Of a DNA stretch of 64,000 nucleotides, positions 15,986 to 26,134 are shown piece after piece. The notes below the pieces were generated by a model that saw nothing but the letters and a program-made list of their open reading frames with translations, had not been told where the DNA came from and ran no database searches. How positions within the stretch are numbered: the stretch's first letter is position 1; each line of letters begins with the position of its first letter. The DNA comes from a virus (Duplodnaviria > Caudoviricetes). A program made the translations under genes and the position numbers. Location of the stretch: IMG/VR virus record IMGVR_UViG_3300033177_000258. One strand, given 5' to 3'.

Positions 15986-18900
15986 ATGCCTGATGCACCT
16001 ACAATAGACATCACTAATCGCGTCAAGCGGGCCGTCTGGTTCACCAAGGTGGAACCGTTCACCGCCACTGCTGCCGTGCCTCCGCTGGTGTCGTTCCACA
16101 AGGCCGGGCCCGAGATTTCCGACCCTACCGCCCCCTTCACTGGTGGCGGGTTCACGCCCGTGGGCAAGCCGGCTGAAGACATGAGTGCCGAGGTCTATAT
16201 CACGAAGCCCCTGGTTCCGTGTGTGGTGATGAAGACTGAGACCTCATCCAACTGGATGGGCAACGACGATGATGGCTGGATGGCCGGCTTCACCCCTGTG
16301 GCCGGCGCCACTGTTGAGGCCGACCAGATTTACACAGCCGGCATGCGGCCGGGCCCAGGCGAAACCAAGTGGTACATGGGCGCCAGCAATATGCTGCCGT
16401 CTGTCTACGTGTCCACCGACAAGTTCTTCTGCCTCAAGGGACCCACGCACTGGCGCAACTTCAAGCTGCGCGGCATCTTCAAGGTCGCCCCCATCCCCGA
16501 GAACTTTGGGCACTTCCACCAGGAGTCGCTCATGTCCGTCTCGGGGACCAACTGGACCGTCCCGGTGATGGCGTCTTCCAACCCGGCGCAGTCTGGCAAC
16601 CCCTACGCGAACTTCGTCTCTATCTGCATGGGGGACTGGGGTTCTTCAGCCCAGAGGGCCCCGCGCTACTGCCTGTTGTTCCGCCTGCCGTCATGGGAAC
16701 CCATCCTCTACGTGAGCCGGAGCGCCACGACCGCCCCGGATGTCGGAGAGATGACGCACCCGTCCAAGAACCCCCAACTCAATGAGTGGCAGGAGGTGCC
16801 TCGCTCGAACGACCCGCGCGAGGGCTTCCAGTTCGACACCGGGGAAGCGCAGGAAATCAACTTCACCGCCTACATCGAGGGCGGCTGCTTCTACGTCGCG
16901 ATGCAACCTTGGGGCACCGGGCAGAAGACGGCGCGCTTCTCATGGAAGCTGGATGCTGCCGAGGGGCGCAAAGACGAGTCCTGGTCTGAGGGCGCAGCCG
17001 ATGGCGAGTACAAGAGCGACCTCGAATTGCAGGGCAAGACCGACAACGACAAGCTGAATACACAGTTGACCGAAGGCCGCATCCTTGTCATGGGCAACGG
17101 CGCCCCCGTCAACTTCTGCCTTGGTACCGAGTTCGAGCCCTACGACGGGGGTGGAGACACCAGGGAGCTCGTCGCCCACTATGTCACATCCTGGTCATCC
17201 CTCAAGCAGATGGCGGCCGACAACAACGCTGGCGGGACAGTCGAAGAGAGCGACATCAAGGACATGCTCAAGAGTGGCACGGTGGTTGTCTCACACCACC
17301 CTATCCACGACAGCAGCCTGACGAACTATGTCAACCCAACGATTGACTCGGTGACTGTAGACACCGACCATGCCACTGCCGCCGCCGATGGCAGCACGAA
17401 CTCGGATGACTGCATTGTCAAGGTCACTATCAAGGCCAAGGCCGGCTACGCTCAGGCTCCCAATGGCGGCCCGAAGACCAAGGTCTTCCCGAAGATTCGC
17501 TATGTCCGCTTCATCGCAGAGCCCTACACCAACCTTGGCGACGGTATGCTGCCGGAGACCGGCTCTTTCTACCTACAGAACGGGCTGGACTTCAGTCTGG
17601 AAGCTGGAGCTGAGGGCGAGGTCAGCGGCAGTACGCGGTTCGACATAGGCGAGAGCGGGGGCTACTTCCCCGGCGTCACGGACGACCCTCGCACAGGCGC
17701 CTGGCAGGACACCGACGAGTACATGTCCGCTGAAGGTCTGCGCGGCTTCCCGTCAAAGACCGTCTGTGGGTACGCGTTCATTGATGACAGCGGCAACGAG
17801 GTCTACAAGATGTGGCCCGTTGCGAAGAAGTACACGGACAAGGCCACCTTCCAGATGTCCGCTGGCGGGGAAGTGGGCTCTGCGTCCATCATCGGCCGCA
17901 TGAACGAAGTGGGCCGGCATGCCTTGTTGCAGAAGGCGAAGGGCTTCAGCCTACCGGCCATGGACGGCTACAGCCACTTCTACGCCATCAAGCTGCTGGC
18001 TAACTATGCCGGCATTGCGGACACAGAAATGGCCCCATGGACTGTTGGGGTCAGCGGCCCGAAGGCTTCGAGCGGCCAGTACCAGAAGACCGACAGCAAA
18101 CCATCGCTCGCTTTGGTAGACAAGCAGTTCGCGCCTCAGACCGATGCCGTACTGGCGTCTTGGGACGCCCCGTGTCCAGGCCAGGTCGAGAACGTTGGGG
18201 GCGAGAACGGCAACTGGCGCTTCCTGCTCTCTCCAGGAGGCTCAGTCTACGACCTGATGCAGCAGATTGCCAGGACGTTCGGCTTCCGGTTGTACTTCGA
18301 CAATCTGGGGCTTCTACACTATGAGCCAGACCTGTTCCCGCTGATGGCTGGCGGCATCATCGCCAATGCCAACGCCGCGCCCATCCTCCAGCACCTGGCG
18401 AAGGGCGAGTTCATCACTGAAGACCACTTCTCCTACGAGAACAGCATCATCACCATGGAATCGACCAACGTGATGCTGGGCCGTCACGATGGCGTGATGG
18501 TCATGGGCGAAGCGCTCTACCCAACGTGTGTGTGCGGCCGGGCGAACTGCCGGCTGGTGGGCCAGACCGTGAACAATGTCTACCACTATGTGCGCTGGGG
18601 CGGCTCTCTGCCGTGGAACTCAACCAGGAAGATACCAGCGTTCCGCTACGTCTACGCCAACACTCCGCAGCAGGCGCGCAACCCAATGTTGCGCAAGACC
18701 TGGTTGTACATATCGTCGCCACACCTGACGACCCCGGCGATGGTCAACTCCTACGCCGCCTATCTGCAGAACTGGTGCTCGCAGTGGTGGGTCGGAGACC
18801 TGTACAACATCACGATGATTGGGCAACCACACCTGTGGCCGGGAGACTTCATTTCCATCGCGTTCCCCAACGGGACGGACGTGCATGGATACCCTCGGTA

Positions 18901-19141
18901 CAGATACTTCTACATTAGGACTGTACATCATGGCTGCTCCAACGGCCGCTTCGATACTACGGTCACAGGCATGCTGCTGCCTACCCAGGAGTCGGAAAGC
19001 GCAAGGAAGTCGTTCAGCAGCACCTACACTTCTTCCAGCGCAATCCTCCCAACCCCGCCAGCATCCGCTAGCAGTCTTGAGTGGGGCGGGCGCAAGCCGA
19101 CACTCACCACCTATGGCGGAGAAATGGAGGACTGGTTCTAA
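15986..19141 (+). CDS. Putative baseplate hub / tail-tip protein (1051 aa)
   Basis: C-terminal hub-like signatures VYDLMQQIARTFGFRLYFDNLGLLHY and ITMIGQPHLWPGDFISI...FYIRTVHH...FDTTVT; position downstream of the TMP. Confidence 0.65.
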   Translation: MPDAPTIDITNRVKRAVWFTKVEPFTATAAVPPLVSFHKAGPEISDPTAPFTGGGFTPVGKPAEDMSAEVYITKPLVPCVVMKTETSSNWMGNDDDGWMAGFTPVAGATVEADQIYTAGMRPGPGETKWYMGASNMLPSVYVSTDKFFCLKGPTHWRNFKLRGIFKVAPIPENFGHFHQESLMSVSGTNWTVPVMASSNPAQSGNPYANFVSICMGDWGSSAQRAPRYCLLFRLPSWEPILYVSRSATTAPDVGEMTHPSKNPQLNEWQEVPRSNDPREGFQFDTGEAQEINFTAYIEGGCFYVAMQPWGTGQKTARFSWKLDAAEGRKDESWSEGAADGEYKSDLELQGKTDNDKLNTQLTEGRILVMGNGAPVNFCLGTEFEPYDGGGDTRELVAHYVTSWSSLKQMAADNNAGGTVEESDIKDMLKSGTVVVSHHPIHDSSLTNYVNPTIDSVTVDTDHATAAADGSTNSDDCIVKVTIKAKAGYAQAPNGGPKTKVFPKIRYVRFIAEPYTNLGDGMLPETGSFYLQNGLDFSLEAGAEGEVSGSTRFDIGESGGYFPGVTDDPRTGAWQDTDEYMSAEGLRGFPSKTVCGYAFIDDSGNEVYKMWPVAKKYTDKATFQMSAGGEVGSASIIGRMNEVGRHALLQKAKGFSLPAMDGYSHFYAIKLLANYAGIADTEMAPWTVGVSGPKASSGQYQKTDSKPSLALVDKQFAPQTDAVLASWDAPCPGQVENVGGENGNWRFLLSPGGSVYDLMQQIARTFGFRLYFDNLGLLHYEPDLFPLMAGGIIANANAAPILQHLAKGEFITEDHFSYENSIITMESTNVMLGRHDGVMVMGEALYPTCVCGRANCRLVGQTVNNVYHYVRWGGSLPWNSTRKIPAFRYVYANTPQQARNPMLRKTWLYISSPHLTTPAMVNSYAAYLQNWCSQWWVGDLYNITMIGQPHLWPGDFISIAFPNGTDVHGYPRYRYFYIRTVHHGCSNGRFDTTVTGMLLPTQESESARKSFSSTYTSSSAILPTPPASASSLEWGGRKPTLTTYGGEMEDWF

Positions 19142-19869
19142 TGCCTGGAAACCCAAGCCTCTTCGGAGCATCCGTGTGGGGCGGCCCGAGACAGATGACG
19201 GCTTCGCTGCTGAATACTTCTCGCCAGGAGAAGTATGTGGCTTCGCGCGATTGGCTATTGCCCGTAGTCCCGGCGCTGGTCCCGACGAACCTTGAGACGG
19301 CGACCGTCTCCGGCGCCGGAGCGGCCGGCGCCGCTGTGTCGGATGGCACTTGGGTAGCGACGGACTCGGACGGCAACCAGAAGCTCATCGTGGTAAAGCC
19401 GGCACCCATGCGTACCATCGTGTGGCTCTCGGCTTACGTCCCACAGTTCGATGGTAGCGAGCTACGCTCCGTCCTCCTGCAAGACAACGACCTGGTGGCC
19501 GCTTCCGCAGGGGGGCTCGGTTCTCCGGTCTTCTGGAGCGAGCAGGCCGACAACTCTGGCAACTGTGAGCTCATGGGCCTGCCGCCTGGCAATTTGCTGC
19601 TTGTCCGGTACCGCGCTTCCGTGAGCAACAACCTGTGGTTCGTGTCGTTCGATGAGAACGGCGCCCACACCATCAGCATCACACTGACGAAGATGCCCAC
19701 AGAAATGGCCCTGGCCTCCAACTCCTCCGACATCACGGTGACCGTGGGAGGAGAAGAAGTAGAGGTGGAGAGTGTGGACGCCGCATCGGGCGCCGTCGTG
19801 CTGGCGGCAGTCCCGGCGTCAGTACCGCTCTGCACATTCTGGACCATCTCGGGAGACGTGTTCGGCTAA
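19141..19869 (+). CDS. Hypothetical virion protein
   Basis: The ATG overlaps the upstream stop (TAATG), so the start is moved from 19081 in the ORF track. Beta-rich composition. Confidence 0.6.
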   Translation: MPGNPSLFGASVWGGPRQMTASLLNTSRQEKYVASRDWLLPVVPALVPTNLETATVSGAGAAGAAVSDGTWVATDSDGNQKLIVVKPAPMRTIVWLSAYVPQFDGSELRSVLLQDNDLVAASAGGLGSPVFWSEQADNSGNCELMGLPPGNLLLVRYRASVSNNLWFVSFDENGAHTISITLTKMPTEMALASNSSDITVTVGGEEVEVESVDAASGAVVLAAVPASVPLCTFWTISGDVFG

Positions 19870-20795
19870 TGTCAGCTCAACGCAACATCTATGGCAACAG
19901 GGCTACCGCCGCGCGACCCGTCATCATTGACGGTATGACGCTGCTGCCTGGCCCCGCCTCTGCGTCTTCCGACCTGTCCAGACGAGCGGCGTTCACTTCT
20001 GTGGGTAACCCGACCATCGCCCTGGAGCGCCCCCCGCTGCTGTCCATGCAGTGGGTTGACGTTGTTAGCGACTTCCCTGTGGCTAGTTGGCTGCGCAGCC
20101 TGGAGCGCGTGCTTCTCGCCCCCGCCAACATCAACGAGAGCCGGCTCTTTGCTTGGCCGGAACTCCTCCACGCCATAGAGCTGGACCGGCAGCAGTATGT
20201 GGGCTACCTGATGTCTTACGAGGTAGGCGAGGACGCCAAGCGCGCTTCCAACGGCGCCACCTACAACAACAACCATACCTGGAGCGCCGGCCTGGCGTTC
20301 AGTCTGGCGCCCAACCGCACCATCAACCCCCTGCCCAGTCTGTCCGACGCCCCGGTAGTGACGGGCGGCACCGGGTCCATCTTCCGCCATCTGTCTATCG
20401 TTCACAGCGCGGTAGGGACCCTGCACTCCCCCTCTTCCATCAGATGGTCGAATGGGGGAAGTCGGGACAACAAGTACACGGTCGCGGGGGAAGCCATGGT
20501 GATGGCCAACTTCAGGGAGCCGGGAGAGCTCACGTTCTCCTGGTCGAACCTTCCCGACGTGACCCCTGGTGCGGACATGTACAACGTGTCCTACCCGCAG
20601 TACATCATGGTCTCCAAGTTCGAGGCGTTCCGTAAAGTCTCAGCCTATGTCCAGATTTGGGGCTTCGACCCCATTGACGGCAGGATGAAACAGTTGGCGT
20701 GGGGCAAAGTTATACAGATTAAGTACGCTCCGTTGGCCGGGCAACCGCCTCGCTACGAGGCAACTATGCGGGTGGCGCTCAAAGCGGCGCGATAG
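19869..20795 (+). CDS. Hypothetical tail protein
   Basis: TAATG coupling with the upstream gene; lies in the tail module. Confidence 0.6.
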   Translation: MSAQRNIYGNRATAARPVIIDGMTLLPGPASASSDLSRRAAFTSVGNPTIALERPPLLSMQWVDVVSDFPVASWLRSLERVLLAPANINESRLFAWPELLHAIELDRQQYVGYLMSYEVGEDAKRASNGATYNNNHTWSAGLAFSLAPNRTINPLPSLSDAPVVTGGTGSIFRHLSIVHSAVGTLHSPSSIRWSNGGSRDNKYTVAGEAMVMANFREPGELTFSWSNLPDVTPGADMYNVSYPQYIMVSKFEAFRKVSAYVQIWGFDPIDGRMKQLAWGKVIQIKYAPLAGQPPRYEATMRVALKAAR

Positions 20796-20811
20796 GAAGA
20801 CGACGGCGACG

Positions 20812-21012
20812 GTAGACCCGCGCGGGACGAGCCAGAAATGCTCGCGGTGCGGACACGTCGCGCGGGGCAACCGCGTGAGCCAGTCCGAGTTCCGGTGCCA
20901 GAAGTGCGGGTTCCGAATCAACGCCGACCTCAATGCGGGACGGAATGTGAAGGGGAAGTACCTGGTCCGAGAGGGCAGCGCCGTCTCGGGCGGGCCGCGT
21001 CAACCGGCCTAA
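20812..21012 (+). pseudogene. tnpB: tnpB 3' remnant (Zn ribbon plus RuvC-III)
   Basis: Translates to VDPRGTSQKCSRCGHVARGNRVSQSEFRCQKCGFRINADLNAGRNV..., with no start codon or N-terminal part. Confidence 0.85.
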
Positions 21013-21060
21013 AGCAGCGTGTTGTTTGCGGCTGCAAGCTGCCTTCGGGTAGTGGTTGAA
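20990..21060 (+). ncRNA. Putative omega-RNA (reRNA) scaffold 3' end / IS right end
   Basis: GTCAACCGGCC...GCAGCG..TTGTTT..GCTGCAAGCTGCC...GTGGTTGA parallels the right-end tails at 32698-32771 and 60314-60390. Confidence 0.55.
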
Positions 21061-21123
21061 CAACCCCGTATTTGCCGGATAGCTATAGGACAACAACAAA
21101 GCAGTTGTCAACAAGGTGATTCA

Positions 21124-24100
21124 ATGGATGTTGCATACAACCCGGCACAGACCGGGAACGTTGTAGCAGCCCCTGAGTACAACGCCAACATGGCGGCCTT
21201 CCAGGCTGCCTTGGACGCTATGGAAGGGAAGATTTCCGGCGTCATCAGCGACATGCACGGGGAAGGCGTCCTGCGCGGTCTGCAGTTGATAGACGGCGGT
21301 AACTTCATCACCATCACCCCCGGAGTAGCCTACAGCGAGGGCATCCGGCTGCTGTTGAGCACCGCCTACAATGTGGCGCTGCCGCCCTATTCCGTCTGCC
21401 GCGCCTGGGTACTCGACAGCGACGATACCCCGGCCATTGTCAATGTGCCGGCCGAACGCGTGAACTACCCGGACAATTCCAGCAGTGTCGTCTACGACGG
21501 CGACACGGAGCGCACCGCTGTCTCTGGTGCCCTCCAGGGCTACGTGACGAAGCTCACGGACGGCACCGCCACCATCCTCTACAGTGGCAAGGGCCCCATG
21601 CACCTCATGCTGTCTCGGGACAGCGCGGGCGGCTCGGCTACCATCCAGACGCGGACCCAGAACGCCGATGGCTCCTGGGGTGCTTGGTCCACGGGAACGG
21701 CCGAGACCTCGGTTTCGTTCTACTCCTCCATCGCGCAGAAGCGTCGGGCCATCTGCATCGGTGCCCCCGATTCGGCTGGCGCCACGAAGCAGATTCGCAT
21801 AACCGCCACCGGCGATGCCTACATCGAGGGCTTCTATTACCTCGACCCCGAGGCCGAGTCCGACGCCAGGCCGTCTACCTATGCTGTCGCGCTGGCCTGG
21901 GTCTACACCGGGGCGGGCGGCGACATCCTTGAGGTCGTGGACACGCGGACCAACATCGTGCTCAGCAACTACTGGCTGAAGCTCATCGAGACGATGTACA
22001 AGCTGCTGGCCACGCAGGTAGTATGCACCGACTTCTGGTTCGACGGCTTTGGCTCGCTTGTGAACGTGGGCCTGGGCTCAACCTGCAACGTGGACACGGG
22101 GGCTCACCAGGCGGATATGGGAGCACTGCCGCCCTACCCCGTCGCGACCTGCGGCCAGTACACCATCCCTGGTCGCGGCACTTCAGTCACTGAGACCATC
22201 GCGCTTTCCCGCACGGCTGTGCAGCTCACCTACCCACGCCTGCAGGGGGGCTCGGTGGTTGTCAAGAACGCCACCGGCATCACCACCTACGCTACCGGCT
22301 ACATCGTGGACACGGCGGCCGGCACCATCGCCTGGGACCCCGACGCGGACCCGCAGCCCATCACGGAGAACGAGACCGTTAGGGTGACCTACACCGGAAT
22401 CTCAACTCTGGTCCTGACGGCGCGCGAGCCCGGAGACCGCAAGGTTCTGGTCGAAGTCTCCGAAGGCTCGACCGCCGACGCCGACGAAGCGTCGCTGAGT
22501 TGGTTGCGGCAGAATGGAATCCAGGGCTACATCTTCACTCCCAAGGCCGGCATTGTTGGTCGCGACGGCAACGGTCTCAAGGTGACAGTAGAGCACGGCA
22601 CCAACAACCGCAGCACCCTGGCCGAGCTGCAGCTCAATGACCGCGCCGTTCCTCCGACCCACAGCATGGAACTCAAGTCTGCTGTGCTGGGGACCGAAGG
22701 CAACTTCGTGCGGGCCAAAATCAGCAACGACACTGGTCAGCGCCTACAGGAAGAGGGTTTCGAGACGGTATCCCCGGCAAGCTGGGTCTTGCAGGCGAAC
22801 TCCAAGGGCACCGTCGCCGTGGCTACCGACCAGAAGCGCGCCGGCATCTACTCCCTGAAGTTCCACAAGACCTCTGACGGTTCCCGCATGCGGGGCTACC
22901 AGCTCTTCGACGCCAAACAGAACTTCGAGTACCAGGTGACCCTGTACTTCGCGTCATCCGCGTGCACATCGGACATCAACGGAACCGCTCGCATCTTGAG
23001 CGCCGACCGGGCCACCGAAGTTGCCTCATCGCAGTTCCTGAGCGGAGCCAACCGCAACAACCTGACGTTCGCGTCAGCTACGTTCACGTTCGTCTGCCCG
23101 TCCACAATGAACCGCCTGGCTCTCGCGCTGGACATTGACGACGGCACTGGTGATGTCTGGGTGGATGACTGCAGCATCACCGTCGTCACCCCCGACTCCT
23201 TCAAGCTGGAGGTTGAGGACGGGCATCTCTACCCGTTCTTCAGCCCTCTGACGCTGACCGGCGAGGAGCTGTCCGCGTCATCATCCGAAAGCGACGCGGA
23301 CCACGTTCTGGATGGGGACAAGACCACCTACTGGCAGGGCGGAGAGAACACATCCTGGCTGGCGGCCGACTTCGCTACGGCCCCGCAGGCCATCACCGGG
23401 GTCTCCATCTTCGTCCCCCAGAATGTGCTCGATGCGGCCGTGGACGTAGAGCTTGAGACCAAGGACGGCACTGGCGTCTATACCTCGGTACGCACGAGTA
23501 CCATCAAGGCCGGCTGGTGCGCGCTGAAGCTCCCAGGCGAAGTTGACGCCTACGGCGTGCGCCTGACCACCGCCGCCCCCATCGCCATCCTCCGCGTGCA
23601 CACCGATACTGCGGGAAGCAACCCTCAGCCCCGCGATGGCGCCCTTAACGACTCGCTCCTCCTGGGCGGGGGCTTCGAAGCGTGGGAGACCCGCTCCGGC
23701 AAGCAGCAGCCCATGACCTGGACACGCAAGGTGGCCGGCGTTCTCGCTGACGGCGCCTACAGCACCCAGGCATCTGTCGTCTTGGCCGGCTCTCGGTCGG
23801 CCGAGGACGCTTCAGTCACAGACAACATCGGCACCTACGAGAGTGACACCATTTCTCTCGCCGTTGGCAAGGACTACACCGCTTTCGTCATGGCTCGGGC
23901 AAGCGGCCTCACCGCCGCCGAGGTGTCCGCCAGCATCGTGCCCATGGACGGGGAGACCGAAGGTACCCCCATCCCACTGGTGACCGAGGCCGGGGCTTCG
24001 TCCATCACAGCGGATTGTGAGTGGACGCTGTTGGCCGTGCGCTTCACCGCCACTACCACGACCGCCAAGATGCTCCTGAAGCGCGATGGTGTCGGCACTG

Positions 24101-26127
24101 TGCACTGGGACGGCGCCGAGTTGTTCTTGGTGGGTGAGACGTACCGCAACCTGACGCTGGACGCGCAGGACCCGGCCATCGGCTGGGAAGTGCCCTACAC
24201 CAAGGCCGAGAACGCGGTCAATTCCGGCGACACCAAGTCCGAACTCGTTTCCCTGGTGAACCTCACGGGCGCCACCGGCTTCCCCGACGACGACACCGAC
24301 ATGAACCCGGCTGCCGTTGACTTCTGCTACCTGTCGGGTGGCGGGACGCAGTACATCACCACCAAGCTCACCATCCAGCGCTATGCTGTGGGGCTTGACG
24401 GGGTGCCTACCGGCACGCTGATTTCCAGTGAAGAGTTCGACAACCTGACGGTCGCCGCGAACGACGTACCGGGTGGGTTCACCCCCGTGAATGAAGACCT
24501 GGAGACCGTGATAGACCAGCAGTCCGCCCTGGTCAATGTGCAGGTGACTCCCAAAACAGCAACGGCCACCTACCTCGACAACCCGGTTGTCGGGAGCTCT
24601 TTCCTCACTGGCGGGGCAACCGACTACGATACGGTCAACCTGGACATCTACGCGACCAGCTCGGTCACGCAGGAAGCCGAAGACCTGTTGGGCTTCAACA
24701 TGGGGGGCGCCGACTTCTACGCTACGGATGTGGACTTCAATAGCCAGACCAACGACACCGGAGCCCACGACGGGGCCTATGTCTCGGGGTCTGGCACGTT
24801 CTACCTGCACATCACGGAAGCTCTGGCTAAGCTCTACCTCGTCTACTACTCGGACGCCGCCTTCGGCACGCTGCAACTGGCCATCGCCGAGTACGACTCG
24901 GACGGGGTTCTAGGCGCCTTCTCTTCTGCGCACGCGGCCCTGCTGGTCTCCAGCGTTGACCAGTCGGCCGGCGCCGGCCAGCAGCAGGAAGTGGCTATCG
25001 CCCAGCGGATGGTAGAGACATACAACAACGGCGACCCGAAGCACTACGTGCTTCGCCTGACCCCCGCAAGCGGCACCTGCAACATTGACGCCTTCCGGTT
25101 CCTGGTGGTGGCGCATCACGAGACATTCACCGACCTGAGCGTGCGGCCGGCTGTATTCTCGCAGAGCGGCAAGAGCCCTCTGCTGACAGTCATCAACAGC
25201 GGCTACGGCAGCCAGGGGCCCAGCTCCATCATCGGAGCGGCGGGCGCCAACTCCAACTCGAACTATGACAACCCGACGCTGGGGGGCTACTGGCTCGAAG
25301 GCGAGTCTGGCACTACGCAGGTCCTGTACGGCCCTATTCTGGACAGCTCCCCGTTGGCCTACTGGGACGCGCTCGTGCTCTATGCCGACACGCTCATTCC
25401 CGAAGGCACCAGCATCACCTTCCAGTACAGTCTGAACCCGCTGAACGATACGCCTGTGTGGGCTCCGCTCACAGCCGGAGCGTACAACGCCCTCAATGGT
25501 GAGGTTGGCGACAACAAGCTGCAGTTGCGCGCGGTCCTGGCGACCGAGGTAGCTGGGCAGACCCCGGTCCTCTACAACTGGGGCGTGTTCTGGGGCTCGC
25601 CGTCATACACCCCAGAGGGCGCGCGCACGGTCGTGCTGGAAGGCGATGCCTACATCATGTCCACCAGCAGCACCGTGGCCAGCAGCAGCGCGGGGGGCTT
25701 CCACGCCTCCAGCACTGAAGTGGTGGAAGGCTCCGGCATCATCAACATCCCAGTTGCCTGCCGGCCGTCTCGGGTCGCCCTCTCCATCGAGTCGGTGTAC
25801 GTGGGCCCGTACCATTCCTGGGGCGAGCACTATGCCCAGCAGGTCACCAACCCCTACGACCCGTACTACGGCGAGTACGGCTATTGGGACAACTATGGCT
25901 ACACCGGAGCATATGGCTACGGCTACTACGGCTACGATTGGCCGGCCGACTATTTCGGCTGGCAGTCCGTCGAAGTTGAGAACCTTGATGGACAGGCTGC
26001 CACCATCAATGGGTCTCCCGTAGAGATATACGTTGGCGGCCAAAGCAGCAACCAATTCAGTATCTTCTGGCGTTTTCCTGTGGGCTGGCAGGTCAAGGTC
26101 CACTACGTGTGCGAAGGTTGGAGGTAG
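21124..26127 (+). CDS. Large tail/baseplate protein with carbohydrate-binding-like domains (1667 aa)
   Basis: Start placed at ATG 21124 after the RBS AAGGTGA. Contains the module MHGEGVLRGL...ITPGVAYSEG, CBM-like segments (EEGFETVSPASW; GGGFEAW), an F5/8C-like segment (SASSSE..DHVLDGDKTTYW) and a Tyr/Gly-rich C-terminus. Confidence 0.7.
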   Translation: MDVAYNPAQTGNVVAAPEYNANMAAFQAALDAMEGKISGVISDMHGEGVLRGLQLIDGGNFITITPGVAYSEGIRLLLSTAYNVALPPYSVCRAWVLDSDDTPAIVNVPAERVNYPDNSSSVVYDGDTERTAVSGALQGYVTKLTDGTATILYSGKGPMHLMLSRDSAGGSATIQTRTQNADGSWGAWSTGTAETSVSFYSSIAQKRRAICIGAPDSAGATKQIRITATGDAYIEGFYYLDPEAESDARPSTYAVALAWVYTGAGGDILEVVDTRTNIVLSNYWLKLIETMYKLLATQVVCTDFWFDGFGSLVNVGLGSTCNVDTGAHQADMGALPPYPVATCGQYTIPGRGTSVTETIALSRTAVQLTYPRLQGGSVVVKNATGITTYATGYIVDTAAGTIAWDPDADPQPITENETVRVTYTGISTLVLTAREPGDRKVLVEVSEGSTADADEASLSWLRQNGIQGYIFTPKAGIVGRDGNGLKVTVEHGTNNRSTLAELQLNDRAVPPTHSMELKSAVLGTEGNFVRAKISNDTGQRLQEEGFETVSPASWVLQANSKGTVAVATDQKRAGIYSLKFHKTSDGSRMRGYQLFDAKQNFEYQVTLYFASSACTSDINGTARILSADRATEVASSQFLSGANRNNLTFASATFTFVCPSTMNRLALALDIDDGTGDVWVDDCSITVVTPDSFKLEVEDGHLYPFFSPLTLTGEELSASSSESDADHVLDGDKTTYWQGGENTSWLAADFATAPQAITGVSIFVPQNVLDAAVDVELETKDGTGVYTSVRTSTIKAGWCALKLPGEVDAYGVRLTTAAPIAILRVHTDTAGSNPQPRDGALNDSLLLGGGFEAWETRSGKQQPMTWTRKVAGVLADGAYSTQASVVLAGSRSAEDASVTDNIGTYESDTISLAVGKDYTAFVMARASGLTAAEVSASIVPMDGETEGTPIPLVTEAGASSITADCEWTLLAVRFTATTTTAKMLLKRDGVGTVHWDGAELFLVGETYRNLTLDAQDPAIGWEVPYTKAENAVNSGDTKSELVSLVNLTGATGFPDDDTDMNPAAVDFCYLSGGGTQYITTKLTIQRYAVGLDGVPTGTLISSEEFDNLTVAANDVPGGFTPVNEDLETVIDQQSALVNVQVTPKTATATYLDNPVVGSSFLTGGATDYDTVNLDIYATSSVTQEAEDLLGFNMGGADFYATDVDFNSQTNDTGAHDGAYVSGSGTFYLHITEALAKLYLVYYSDAAFGTLQLAIAEYDSDGVLGAFSSAHAALLVSSVDQSAGAGQQQEVAIAQRMVETYNNGDPKHYVLRLTPASGTCNIDAFRFLVVAHHETFTDLSVRPAVFSQSGKSPLLTVINSGYGSQGPSSIIGAAGANSNSNYDNPTLGGYWLEGESGTTQVLYGPILDSSPLAYWDALVLYADTLIPEGTSITFQYSLNPLNDTPVWAPLTAGAYNALNGEVGDNKLQLRAVLATEVAGQTPVLYNWGVFWGSPSYTPEGARTVVLEGDAYIMSTSSTVASSSAGGFHASSTEVVEGSGIINIPVACRPSRVALSIESVYVGPYHSWGEHYAQQVTNPYDPYYGEYGYWDNYGYTGAYGYGYYGYDWPADYFGWQSVEVENLDGQAATINGSPVEIYVGGQSSNQFSIFWRFPVGWQVKVHYVCEGWR

Positions 26128-26134
26128 TGCACCC

